From positions 1-34,169 of IMG/VR virus record IMGVR_UViG_3300046167_000225: a stretch of 34,169 bases of DNA. One strand, given 5' to 3'. How positions within the stretch are numbered: the stretch's first letter is position 1; every line of letters starts with the position of its first letter. The DNA is from a virus (lineage: Duplodnaviria; Caudoviricetes). A program made the position numbers and the translations under genes. This document shows, piece after piece, positions 25,620 to 34,169 of this stretch. The notes beneath the pieces were generated by a model, which was given only the letters and a program-made list of their open reading frames with translations, was not told the origin of the DNA and searched no databases.

Positions 25620-27863
25620 ATGACAGAAGCAACAAGAGTCCCAACTGCTGAAGAGATAAAAGCAGCGTTAGAATCAGGACAGATAAAAGTAACAGACTTA
25701 GGCCCGCAGTCTAAAGCTATCTACGATGCAATGCTTGCTGAAGGAACGACACCAGAGGTAACAGGCAGTAGCATCTTGCGTGACCCTTACCAAGCTGTTG
25801 CTGACGTCACTAGAGGCACTAGAGAAACTGTTGGTGGGTTCTTTGGCGGCGATGAGCAATATCAAACTAGCACTGGTCAGAACATTCCAGACCCTTATGG
25901 AGGCACTAGCCTACCTGAGCTTGCTATAGGCGGTCTTGAGACAGGTCTTAGCTTTGTCAGTGGCGTGCCTGCTATTGCTGCTGCTAGTATTGCAGGAGGC
26001 TACGAAGGCATTAAAGGCTACCTACAGAACAAAGGTTGGTATGACACTATGAAGGACGCTACAGAGTCCATTAATAGTGTTATGGGTGATATGATGTATC
26101 AGCCTAGAACTTCAGCAGGCAAAGACATCACTGCTGTTGCTAACTCGCCTTTTATGCTTATTGACGAAGGTACTACAGCAGCGCAGAACTTTGTACAGTC
26201 TATGATGGGCGGCAACGTCAACAGGACTGGCGCTGACCCTATGATCGTCACTCAGTTTCAGTTAGTCGCTGACGAGATACAAGGCTTCAGAGACAGAGGC
26301 GAGACTGTGCCGGATCAACTGTTTGAGAAAGCTAACTCGCTAAGAGACTTAATTGGTCAGCAAGGCGGTCTAGGACAGGCTCGTGTGAACGACAAAGCCC
26401 TGTTTGCAGGCATCTCTACAAAGGCTTTGCTAGACTTCTTGCCTGACCTAGCCGGAAAAGGCAGAGCAGCGGCAGTAAAGTCTCAGAAGGTGTCTGAGCT
26501 ACGTAGAACAGCTAAAGAGCTTGGTGTTGACCTAACAGGTCTGCCAGAAGATCAGCTACTAGCACTAGCTAACTCTGCTGACATCCTAACAGGTAGTCAG
26601 TCTGTTGTTGCTCAGCGTTTAGGAAGCCTTGCAGACAGGCTCAAGAGACAAGAAGAAATAACAAAGAACACTTCAGATCAGCTGTTTGAAGCTGCTCAGA
26701 GTTCTGAGGCTTACTACCCACAGCTGCAACTAAAGCTGCTAGATCAGTCTATGGCTGACTTGCTCTCTACAGAGCAGTTTGACCTTGCTAACTTGCGTGT
26801 TGCTAGAGGTAGGCTGCAGAAGTTTAACGAGATTGTTTCTGACACGGCTTTTGACTTAGTTGATAAAGACAACAACTTTATTAACGGCTATGTCCCTATC
26901 AACAAGCTACATAACTTTAGACAGCTTCTTAACTCAGACATAACTAAGATGCGTCGCTCTACTGACTACGAAGCTAACTCTGAATACCAAGCCTTACTAG
27001 GCATGAAGAATCACGTTGACGAGTTCATTGACTCACAGTTTAACGCTGACTTGGTTGCAGGTAACGCAGAGGCGATAGGTAAGTGGAAGAAAGCTAACGA
27101 CTGGTACAGAGACTACAAGCAGAAGTTTAGCGCCTCTGACGCTGTTCAGAAGATTGTCGATAAAGACCTAACGCCAGAGCAGGTAAAGAACTTGATACTA
27201 GGCACTGGTGACGTTGTAGGCAAGGCAGAAGCAGGCTCTATAGTTCAGAAGATGAATAGCATCTTTGGCAACGACTCTCCACAGATGGAAGCGCTGCGTA
27301 AAGAAGTCATCTTTGGCGTCTCTATACCGCTTCTATCAGACAAGCCTGACGTTCAGAAATTTATTGACAACGTTGATAAACTAAAGAGGAAAAGCCCGAC
27401 ACTGGTTAATGAGTTGTTCCAAGGAGACGCTCTCAAGAACCTAGAGAATTTACAAGGAATGGCTAGAGCGCAACTAAGAGTTTTAGAGCGCCTAGGAGAG
27501 TCAGACATTTCTCAAGCGCGTATACCAAGCCTAAGCAGAATGTTAGCTCTTAACCTTGCGCCGGGCAACACAGGACTAGCTAGAGGCCGTGCAAGCATAG
27601 ACTTCACAAAAGCTGTTATACAGCCTCTAACAAGAAAGCTAAAACAAGCTGTAGGCAATCCAAGCGCAGAGCGTCAGGTGATGAGTGAGTTCTACGGTGT
27701 TAACATGAACAGGCCGTTGATGGGGCTGCAGAACTTCCCAACTATAGGGGCTATACAAGCGACTAGAAGAGCACAAGAGGAAGCGTCAGGCGGTGAAAGC
27801 CTTGAGAGAATACAAGGCATGGCACAGCGTATGAGGGACTTCAGTGCCGCTAGGCAGCAATAG
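25620..27863 (+). CDS. putative large internal virion protein
   Basis: 747 aa helical protein, last large gene of the structural arm. Confidence 0.6.
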   Translation: MTEATRVPTAEEIKAALESGQIKVTDLGPQSKAIYDAMLAEGTTPEVTGSSILRDPYQAVADVTRGTRETVGGFFGGDEQYQTSTGQNIPDPYGGTSLPELAIGGLETGLSFVSGVPAIAAASIAGGYEGIKGYLQNKGWYDTMKDATESINSVMGDMMYQPRTSAGKDITAVANSPFMLIDEGTTAAQNFVQSMMGGNVNRTGADPMIVTQFQLVADEIQGFRDRGETVPDQLFEKANSLRDLIGQQGGLGQARVNDKALFAGISTKALLDFLPDLAGKGRAAAVKSQKVSELRRTAKELGVDLTGLPEDQLLALANSADILTGSQSVVAQRLGSLADRLKRQEEITKNTSDQLFEAAQSSEAYYPQLQLKLLDQSMADLLSTEQFDLANLRVARGRLQKFNEIVSDTAFDLVDKDNNFINGYVPINKLHNFRQLLNSDITKMRRSTDYEANSEYQALLGMKNHVDEFIDSQFNADLVAGNAEAIGKWKKANDWYRDYKQKFSASDAVQKIVDKDLTPEQVKNLILGTGDVVGKAEAGSIVQKMNSIFGNDSPQMEALRKEVIFGVSIPLLSDKPDVQKFIDNVDKLKRKSPTLVNELFQGDALKNLENLQGMARAQLRVLERLGESDISQARIPSLSRMLALNLAPGNTGLARGRASIDFTKAVIQPLTRKLKQAVGNPSAERQVMSEFYGVNMNRPLMGLQNFPTIGAIQATRRAQEEASGGESLERIQGMAQRMRDFSAARQQ

Positions 27864-27937
27864 GGACTGCAGCGGCGGGGGAGACATCAAAAGAGTAACA
27901 CGAGTTACACAATCTGTCAACACAAAGGAGCATTACT

Positions 27938-28048
27938 ATGCCAATGGTAAACGGTAAGAAGTACAGCTACACTACGAAGGGCAAAGCAGCGGCTAAGAAG
28001 GCTGCAGCTAAGAAAGGCACTAAGCCTAAGATGACTAAACGTAAGTAA
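27938..28048 (+). CDS. 36-aa Lys/Ala-rich basic peptide
   Basis: Not in track. MPMVNGKKYSYTTKGKAAAKKAAAKKGTKPKMTKRK*; RBS AAGGAG 7 nt upstream. Confidence 0.7.
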   Translation: MPMVNGKKYSYTTKGKAAAKKAAAKKGTKPKMTKRK

Positions 28049-28093
28049 TAGAATCCTCTGTGCTACCTTAGGATCGTCCCTGTGACGCAAACG

Positions 28094-28134
28094 AAAAAGC
28101 CCTGTAGAGATTGGGATGCTCTACAGGGCTTTTT
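28094..28134. terminator. bidirectional intrinsic terminator
   Basis: AAAAAGCCCTGTAGAG-loop-CTCTACAGGGCTTTTT at the convergence of the two arms. Confidence 0.92.
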
Positions 28135-28149
28135 ACCTTCTACAATGTG

Positions 28150-29787
28150 TTAAATGCCGCAGACACCAGAGGCGCATATAGCCTCACTGTTCTCCTCAAA
28201 AACTACCCCTTTGTGCTTCACAGCTTCTTTGTAGCTGCACATCGTTAGTGGCTGTCCACCACGAGAGCCGTCAGGGTAGCAAGTGAAGCCTCGCAGACGC
28301 GGTGCATACTTAGCCAAGATAGTAGCGAACTCAATAACACGGTCTTCGTTGTTCAACTCACTACCCCACGGTGGCAGGTTGATCGTTGAAGAGATAGACA
28401 TGTCTACGTAGTCTTGTACGTCAGCTTGGAACTTCAGGCGACGCTCAAAGTCATTCACCATAGACGACGATGTCTGTATCTTATCAGGATCAAGTCCGTG
28501 TGTCTTAATCAAGTCCTCTGCAGTGGCGTCTACAACGTACTCGTACTTCCACTTGTCACCGCCGACTAAGTAGCGACGCTTGTAAGCTACAGCGTACAGA
28601 GGCTCAATACCCGTCGTAGTGCCCGCTAGGATGCCTATAGTGCCTGTAGGAGCGATTGCACGGTAGGCTACAGGGCGTGATATACCCCGAGCGTCACAGA
28701 GGGCGTTAGCGGCCTTCTCAGACTCGTCACGATACACTTCCAACCAACGATGCAGCTCTTCTGTCACTTCGTAGTCACTGCCACGCTTCAGCAGGAACTC
28801 GTGCATACCCATCAAGCCCAAGCCAAGACGCCTGTTCTTGTTTCTGACAGCGTACACTTTCTTTGTGGGTAGCTCTGCAGTGAGTGTCCCTGCGACGAGG
28901 AACATTGAGGCAGCTCTAACAATTGTCCTGAACTCATCGATGTCATCAATAGCACCAATGTTAATACTACCAAGATTACAAACGTCACTGTCGTCAGCAC
29001 TGGTGACTTCTGTACAGGCATTCCTAAGAGTTTCATTCTCTTTGTCTCCAAAGTTAAAGCTGAATCCGGGTTCTCCAGTCATCAGAGCCTGTCTGCAGTT
29101 CTCTACAAACGTCTCAGGCAAGAAGCCGTTCTCGATAGCGTCTAAGAACTTGTCATCGTAGTTGAGGCTAATGTTGGTCATGTCCAACGGAGCAGGGAAG
29201 TTGAAGTTGTTCTGCTTAGCATCAAACACTGTAACGCCGTCAGCGATGGGTAGCGAGTGCCAGTCCTTTGCTGTCAGGAAGGCTTTAGCGTCGCCGTGCT
29301 GCCAGTTGAGTGAGGCGTAGATAGCGCTGCGACGACTACCGCCCTGCATCACGTTTCTGCCTATTTCGTTTATACTGTTCATTAGTGGCAGTGGGCCTGA
29401 CGCTTCGCCGCCTGTCCTGCCCAGTGGTGACCCGCTTGGACGAAAGACGCTGTAGTCGATGCCAATGCCGCCGCCGCTCATCAGACAGTCGCTTGCTCGT
29501 TGTACTAGCTTTCCCCATTCTTCTCGCGTGTCCTCTTCACCTTTGAGTAGATAGCAGTTGTTGTAGAACTTAGCCTGCCTACCTGCGTAGTATATGTAAC
29601 GACCACCTGCCATGAACTTAAACGAGTTCATAGCGTTGCGTAACACATCCATCTCTTCTTGCTCTAAGATGCCTGTACACACGTCACCGACAATGTCCTC
29701 AACCTTCTCAGCCCACGTCTGTGTCTCGTTCAAGGCGTACTTGTTACGGAAGATTGATTCACCAAAACTGTTTCTAAATTCGCTCAT
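28150..29787 (-). CDS. nrdJ: ribonucleotide reductase, probably class II (adenosylcobalamin-dependent)
   Basis: NNCYLL, GGGIG, NACTE (finger loop), CNLGSIN, APTGT, YPDGSR and C-terminal CASGVC; no NrdB-like or NrdG-like gene seen. Confidence 0.85.
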   Translation of the reverse strand: MSEFRNSFGESIFRNKYALNETQTWAEKVEDIVGDVCTGILEQEEMDVLRNAMNSFKFMAGGRYIYYAGRQAKFYNNCYLLKGEEDTREEWGKLVQRASDCLMSGGGIGIDYSVFRPSGSPLGRTGGEASGPLPLMNSINEIGRNVMQGGSRRSAIYASLNWQHGDAKAFLTAKDWHSLPIADGVTVFDAKQNNFNFPAPLDMTNISLNYDDKFLDAIENGFLPETFVENCRQALMTGEPGFSFNFGDKENETLRNACTEVTSADDSDVCNLGSINIGAIDDIDEFRTIVRAASMFLVAGTLTAELPTKKVYAVRNKNRRLGLGLMGMHEFLLKRGSDYEVTEELHRWLEVYRDESEKAANALCDARGISRPVAYRAIAPTGTIGILAGTTTGIEPLYAVAYKRRYLVGGDKWKYEYVVDATAEDLIKTHGLDPDKIQTSSSMVNDFERRLKFQADVQDYVDMSISSTINLPPWGSELNNEDRVIEFATILAKYAPRLRGFTCYPDGSRGGQPLTMCSYKEAVKHKGVVFEENSEAICASGVCGI

Positions 29788-30101
29788 GCTGCATTCCTGT
29801 CTGATTCTTTAATGAAGACACCTGCACCGTTCATAGAGCCTCTACGGTGTTTGATGTCGTTGTATGCTACTTCTAGGCAGTCCGCTAACGTTGTGTCTGA
29901 CATGACTGCTAAGTTGTTCAACACGACCATACAGTCGCCTATGTCGTCTTTGATGTCACGTCGTTTGGCAACGTTGTCAGCTAACTCGCCCATCTCACTA
30001 ACTAGCTTTAGTGTCTGTGACTGCAGTGTGCCGTTAGTAAGGATTTTCCTTTCTCTGCTCCACTCAGTACACAGGTCTATTAACTTGTTAATCTTTACCA
30101 T
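29784..30101 (-). CDS. MazG-like nucleotide pyrophosphohydrolase
   Basis: KLVSEMGEL, DDIGD and AYNDIKHRRG..FIKE motifs. Confidence 0.85.
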   Translation of the reverse strand: MVKINKLIDLCTEWSRERKILTNGTLQSQTLKLVSEMGELADNVAKRRDIKDDIGDCMVVLNNLAVMSDTTLADCLEVAYNDIKHRRGSMNGAGVFIKESDRNAA

Positions 30102-30498
30102 TGCACTGCTCCTCTATTAGTTTGTCCAAGTACCAACGTGCTTTGCGTAGGTCTTCTATGCCGTTCTTGTCTTTCCACCTGTGTAGGTACTTGATTAAAT
30201 TTCCGTTTAAATAGCCTAAAAACTCTTCATTAGACAGTCGATCTGCAATGTAGTCTATACATTCAACTATGCCAGTGTTGTAGTGTTCTGGCTTGTTGAC
30301 AGTATCAAACATATTGTTTATCCCCGGCCAAGCTGTCTCAACATACTCCCCTTTTTCCTTGTCCCACGTTTCGTGTTTCTTGCTCTTTGTAGCACGCTCT
30401 TCAGCCTTGATAGCCTCGTTAACGCGCCTAGCCTCTGCTCTACGTTTCTTAATTACAGCATCCCACTCTTCAGCAGGAGACTTGTCAAGAAAGCTCAT
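30088..30498 (-). CDS. DUF3310-domain protein
   Basis: VNKPEHY..ECIDYI..GNLIKYLHR..EDLRKARWYL; start MSFLDKS after GGAGGAG. Confidence 0.85.
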   Translation of the reverse strand: MSFLDKSPAEEWDAVIKKRRAEARRVNEAIKAEERATKSKKHETWDKEKGEYVETAWPGINNMFDTVNKPEHYNTGIVECIDYIADRLSNEEFLGYLNGNLIKYLHRWKDKNGIEDLRKARWYLDKLIEEQCNGKD

Positions 30499-30661
30499 CT
30501 GTATCTCCTCCCAGACCTTCAACGATCTGATCTAGTTTATCTTCTATTTTGTCCTCAAAGCGTTCTACAAGCTCTGTGGAGTTTATGTCTAACACTTCCA
30601 ACACAAGCACCTCGTCAAGCATACTCAGTTGGTATTTAACGTCTTTGAATGTAAGACTCAT
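30485..30661 (-). CDS. 58-aa acidic hypothetical protein
   Basis: Not in track. MSLTFKDVKYQLSMLDEVLVLEVLDINSTELVERFEDKIEDKLDQIVEGLGGDTDELS*; ATGA overlap. Confidence 0.7.
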   Translation of the reverse strand: MSLTFKDVKYQLSMLDEVLVLEVLDINSTELVERFEDKIEDKLDQIVEGLGGDTDELS

Positions 30662-31431
30662 TCTGCTTTCTCCCCAAACTTCTTACGCAGATAAGACATA
30701 CTTATAGGCAGCTCGTCAAAGCTACCGTCGTTGACTTCGTTGAACACCCAGATGCCCCGCCACGACTGGTTAGTCTGTGGCGACAGGTAGTCTTGGTCTT
30801 CTTGGTAGAAGATGCCTGCAAACAGTCCAGTCACTGAAACACCGTCAGCTCTGCGAGCGTAGGCGATGTCTCTGTCCTGTACGTGTCCCATCACGCAGCT
30901 TACCATCTTCTTAGTCAGCATCAACTTAGCAGACGACACAGGGCGTCCCATAACACCAGAGGTGAAGTAGTGTGAGTAGGCAATGCCGTTAATCATCTTA
31001 ACTTCTAAGAACGGCACTACTTCCCAACCCATCTTCTTCAGTCCTAAGTCTTCAAAGGACATCAGACCTTCTAGCTCAGGGCTGTCGTTAACAGCGCGTG
31101 TTATGCGATTCTCGTGGTTGCCCAGTAGGAACACTAGCTTAGGACGCCACACCTTGTGCTTGTTAGTGCGCTGCCGTGCCTGCTCTTCACGTATAGGCGC
31201 TAAGAAAGCCTCCATAGCCTTCTTACCTGCTTCTACGTCCTGCTGATAGCGACGACCTTCAAAGGACTTCTTACCCTTGTCGTAACTAGACAGGCTAGGA
31301 AAGTCCCAGTGGTCGCCAAGGTGTACTATAACATCAGGCTTTAACGAGACAGCGTACTTCCCTGCCCACGTTAGATGCTCAATGTTAGAGTCAGGTTTAA
31401 CCTGTGTGTCAGGGATAACAAAGTGTCTCAT
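30658..31431 (-). CDS. calcineurin-like metallophosphoesterase
   Basis: IPDTQ, LGDHWD, GNHE and GHVQ motifs. Confidence 0.88.
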   Translation of the reverse strand: MRHFVIPDTQVKPDSNIEHLTWAGKYAVSLKPDVIVHLGDHWDFPSLSSYDKGKKSFEGRRYQQDVEAGKKAMEAFLAPIREEQARQRTNKHKVWRPKLVFLLGNHENRITRAVNDSPELEGLMSFEDLGLKKMGWEVVPFLEVKMINGIAYSHYFTSGVMGRPVSSAKLMLTKKMVSCVMGHVQDRDIAYARRADGVSVTGLFAGIFYQEDQDYLSPQTNQSWRGIWVFNEVNDGSFDELPISMSYLRKKFGEKAE

Positions 31432-31805
31432 GCTTTCTTCCTCGCTTTACGTTCTGCGTTAGTCTTGCTTTGGTGGCACTCTAAGCACAGCACCTGCATT
31501 CCTTCAGCCTCGCAGAACAAACGCTCTGCAAAACCTGCAATGTCTTCGTAGCTGCTTAGCTTGCCTGCAGGGACAATATGGTCGACCTGTATTTCTTTGT
31601 TGGTAAACCACTCAGAACACTCAGCACACTGATACTCGTACTTGTGTCTGCAGCCCGTCACTGTCCTCTCTGCGTCCTTCTTAACTTGAAACTTCACAGG
31701 GTAGCGTGAGTAGGCTTGACGAAGCGCTGAACGGATGAACTGCCAGTAGCGTGCTTCAGTCCAAGTCTTGCCTGCTCTAGTGCGTGGAACTAGTTGCTTG
31801 CCCAT
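31428..31805 (-). CDS. HNH endonuclease
   Basis: CAEC, VDHIVP and LCLECHQSKT; start MGKQL after GAGGA. Confidence 0.82.
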   Translation of the reverse strand: MGKQLVPRTRAGKTWTEARYWQFIRSALRQAYSRYPVKFQVKKDAERTVTGCRHKYEYQCAECSEWFTNKEIQVDHIVPAGKLSSYEDIAGFAERLFCEAEGMQVLCLECHQSKTNAERKARKKA

Positions 31806-32520
31806 AGTGTCTGTCCTCCTTAGACCTCTCACGTGGTGGCATCCACATCTGACCTGCTCTACGACGCAGCCACAACAGCCTAGCGTTCTCTAACGCCCTG
31901 TCGTAGCCTAGTTGGTCTTCGCAGATGTCCCACATGTCAGTCTCTTTACGACAGCCGCCTATCAAGTCCTCAGCACCGCCTGCGCCTATACCGTCAACAC
32001 CGATGATGTTGTCGATAGAGTCGCCTGTCAGTATCTGCTTGTAGAAGCTCTTCGTGCCTGCGTCAGTGCTAACAAAGTATTCTTCTCGCTTGACGAAGTT
32101 GTAATGCAGCCCCGCCACTTGGTCAAAGTCTTTGTCAATGCTAACCATGATAGGATGGTCGTTAAGATAGGCAGTAGAAGCAGCCGTAGCTATCGCGTCG
32201 TCAGCCTCTTCACCTTCAACAACTACAGCGTCCCACATATCAACAGCGTAGTCACGCAAGACAGACAACAGTATAGGCTTGTCTTTGGTCTTGCGATTGC
32301 CTTTGTAGGGCGCTGTCACAGCAACTTCGTTGCGGAAGTTACCTTTGCCAGTGAGGTAGAAAATGTAGTTGTGGTCTGGATAGAACACTAGAGTGTCTGC
32401 GATGAGCGAGTCTAAGGCGCGTCTAGCCTGTGCTAGTGCGGTGCTAAAGTTGGCCTGTGCGTCAGTCTCGCACGCACAAGCCACTCGATAGCAGTATATG
32501 TCGCCATCGATCAGAAGCAT
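31777..32520 (-). CDS. 5'-3' exonuclease (T7 gp6-like)
   Basis: LIDGD, YKGNRK, EADD, SIDKD and GDSIDNIIGVDGIG motifs. Confidence 0.92.
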   Translation of the reverse strand: MLLIDGDIYCYRVACACETDAQANFSTALAQARRALDSLIADTLVFYPDHNYIFYLTGKGNFRNEVAVTAPYKGNRKTKDKPILLSVLRDYAVDMWDAVVVEGEEADDAIATAASTAYLNDHPIMVSIDKDFDQVAGLHYNFVKREEYFVSTDAGTKSFYKQILTGDSIDNIIGVDGIGAGGAEDLIGGCRKETDMWDICEDQLGYDRALENARLLWLRRRAGQMWMPPRERSKEDRHYGQATSSTH

Positions 32521-32939
32521 TACAAAGCAGCTTCTAGATCAAAGTCGACATCGCCGCCTTCTTCTGTGTACTCATTCAAGTCTGTAATGACTAGCTTGAG
32601 GCAGCTTGGCGAACGTCCTTGCTGACCTGCCGGAGACTTCCAATCATAGTGTCCTACAACGGCAGCAGCTGTTGAGCCGTTACCGACTAAGCAGCCAATC
32701 TCGTCACCGCTTGTGTTGTAAGCACGGATGGGATTGCTAGACTTGATAGTGATGAAGTCTTCTTTGTCATCACCTTTGTTGCGTGGCTTCATTCCTCGCT
32801 CTTCTAGTGCATTCACTGCAGCGCTAGAGAGATTGCCAAGGTCAAACTGATACTTGCCTGACATAGCGTTCTTGGAGGAAAGGTTAGCCCAGTAGACAGT
32901 ACCTTTGATGGGAAGTGGCTTGAGGTTAGTATTTGTCAT
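32520..32939 (-). CDS. single-stranded DNA-binding protein (putative)
   Basis: OB-type pattern (GTVYWA, SGKYQFDL, VGNGS) with an acidic tail; start MTNTN after TAAGGAG. Confidence 0.75.
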   Translation of the reverse strand: MTNTNLKPLPIKGTVYWANLSSKNAMSGKYQFDLGNLSSAAVNALEERGMKPRNKGDDKEDFITIKSSNPIRAYNTSGDEIGCLVGNGSTAAAVVGHYDWKSPAGQQGRSPSCLKLVITDLNEYTEEGGDVDFDLEAAL

Positions 32940-32966
32940 TGTGTAGCTCCTTAATAAAGACAATAT

Positions 32967-32995
32967 AGTCTATCATACGTGGTTAAAAAGATCAA
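32967..32995 (-). promoter_or_regulatory. sigma70-type internal promoter for SSB to RNR
   Basis: TTGATC-17 bp-TAGACT with extended TGn, overlapping the Pol stop. Confidence 0.55.
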
Positions 32996-34169
32996 TGGGT
33001 TTCTGACCAGTTGTTTCCAATCTGAAACTCACCGTCCATAGGGCAACGTAGTCCAAAATCGTCGCCTGCTTTGCGGATAGCATTGCGGAAGTGTAGCCCG
33101 ACAGCCTTGGCAAAAGCCTCCGGTGTCTCTACCTGAAACTCGTCATGCACGTTGGCGACCATCTTAAAAGGAATACCTGCCTCCCTAAGACTGTCAACAC
33201 CGTTCAATAGAGCCTTCTTCATCAACGCAGCACCGCCGCCCTGTAACAGGAAGTTGAGTGCGCTGTAGGCCTTGCGAATGCGTATCCTGCGACCGTCTAA
33301 GCTAGGTAGACTGCCGTTTGTGTCAGCTAAGTTTTCGACTGTCGTCTTCAACGTCTTCAGAGAAGGAATGTTGTCGAGGAAGTCTTTCTTTAGCTTCTTG
33401 CCGTGGGCAGCACCCTTGCCTGCAATGCTGCCTATCTTCTCGTCACCCGCACCGTACAAGAACGCATAGATGAACGTCTTTGCTTGGTCGCGTGTGTCAA
33501 GTCCTGCTGCAGCTTGGTTGGCGCTGTGTATGTCACCTTCCAAGATTGTCTGCACGTATTCTTCGTCCTTCATGTAGTGCGCTAGCATACGCAGCTCTAA
33601 GCCTGAGGCGTCTATGCCGACTAGCTTGTTGCCTTCCTCTACCGTCCAACACGAACGACACTCGCCGCCTAGCGTAGCCTTCAGCTTCTGCACTGGCGTC
33701 ATGCTGTCCACAACCTTGCGTGTTGCAGGCACTTGAGCCATGTTAGGCGATATATGCGTCATCCTGCCTGTCGCTGCACCGCTGCTAAAGACACGACCAT
33801 GCACTCTGCCGTCTGCCTCTACAGCCTCTAGCCACGAACTAATCTGACTAGCCCTTTTCTGTACTAGAAGGTACTCAGCAACAAGCTGTGCAGACGGGTT
33901 GTCTATGCCCTCTAGCACGTTCTCGTCTATCTTGTAGCTGCCGCCTTCGGTCTTGTCAGTGAAGCGTATGCCAATGCTCTGTAGGCGCTTGGCTATCTGC
34001 TGTCTGCTGCCAACGTTAAACACTTCTACGTTGTCCTTGAGGACGCTTGCCTGTCTTCTCTGAGTAGCGTTCAGTCACGATAGGTGGAAACTCAGCCTGC
34101 AGCTCCACTTCAATCTCACGCATACGATGAGACAGACGGCTGTACAGCTCGTTAGCCTTGGGCAGGTCT
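32992..34169 (-). CDS. DNA polymerase family A, C-terminal polymerase domain (apparent +1 insertion at 34041-34042)
   Basis: TGR..PNMAQVP, motif A DASGLELR, motif B KTFIYAFLYG, motif C VHDE. Removing one base gives EKTGKRLKDNVEVFNVGS. Confidence 0.95.

Noticed and set aside
298-33677. Numerous antisense or off-frame ORFs in the track (e.g. 298-630, 9193-9648, 13946-14380, 31912-32391)
   Set aside because: They overlap well-supported genes and lack RBSs or recognisable motifs.
1-34169. tRNA genes, integrase/repressor, alternative genetic code
   Set aside because: No cloverleaf or integrase motifs were seen. Long ORFs end with TAA, TAG and TGA under the standard code, and gene breaks are frameshifts rather than in-frame stops.

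Overview
The window is best read as a complete, circularly permuted ~34.2 kb genome of a lytic podovirus-like dsDNA phage: the family A DNA polymerase reads in frame across the 1/34169 junction. Two arms diverge from a ~1 kb non-coding region (5941-6928) and converge on a bidirectional terminator at ~28.1 kb. The minus arm carries small early genes, a T7 gp4-like primase-helicase, Pol A, SSB, exonuclease, HNH, metallophosphoesterase, DUF3310, MazG-like protein and a class II-type RNR. The plus arm carries TerS, an M15 endolysin, TerL, portal, scaffold, capsid, tail/fibre and ejection proteins. The layout resembles SIO1/cobavirus-like (Zobellviridae-like) marine phages (inference). I found no RNA polymerase, integrase or enhancer-binding protein. 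The most striking signal is a cluster of six near-perfect sigma54 (RpoN) -24/-12 sites at 6191-6483, five facing the early genes and one opposed, with NtrC-like motifs upstream. Five genes each carry one extra base, most likely sequencing errors.
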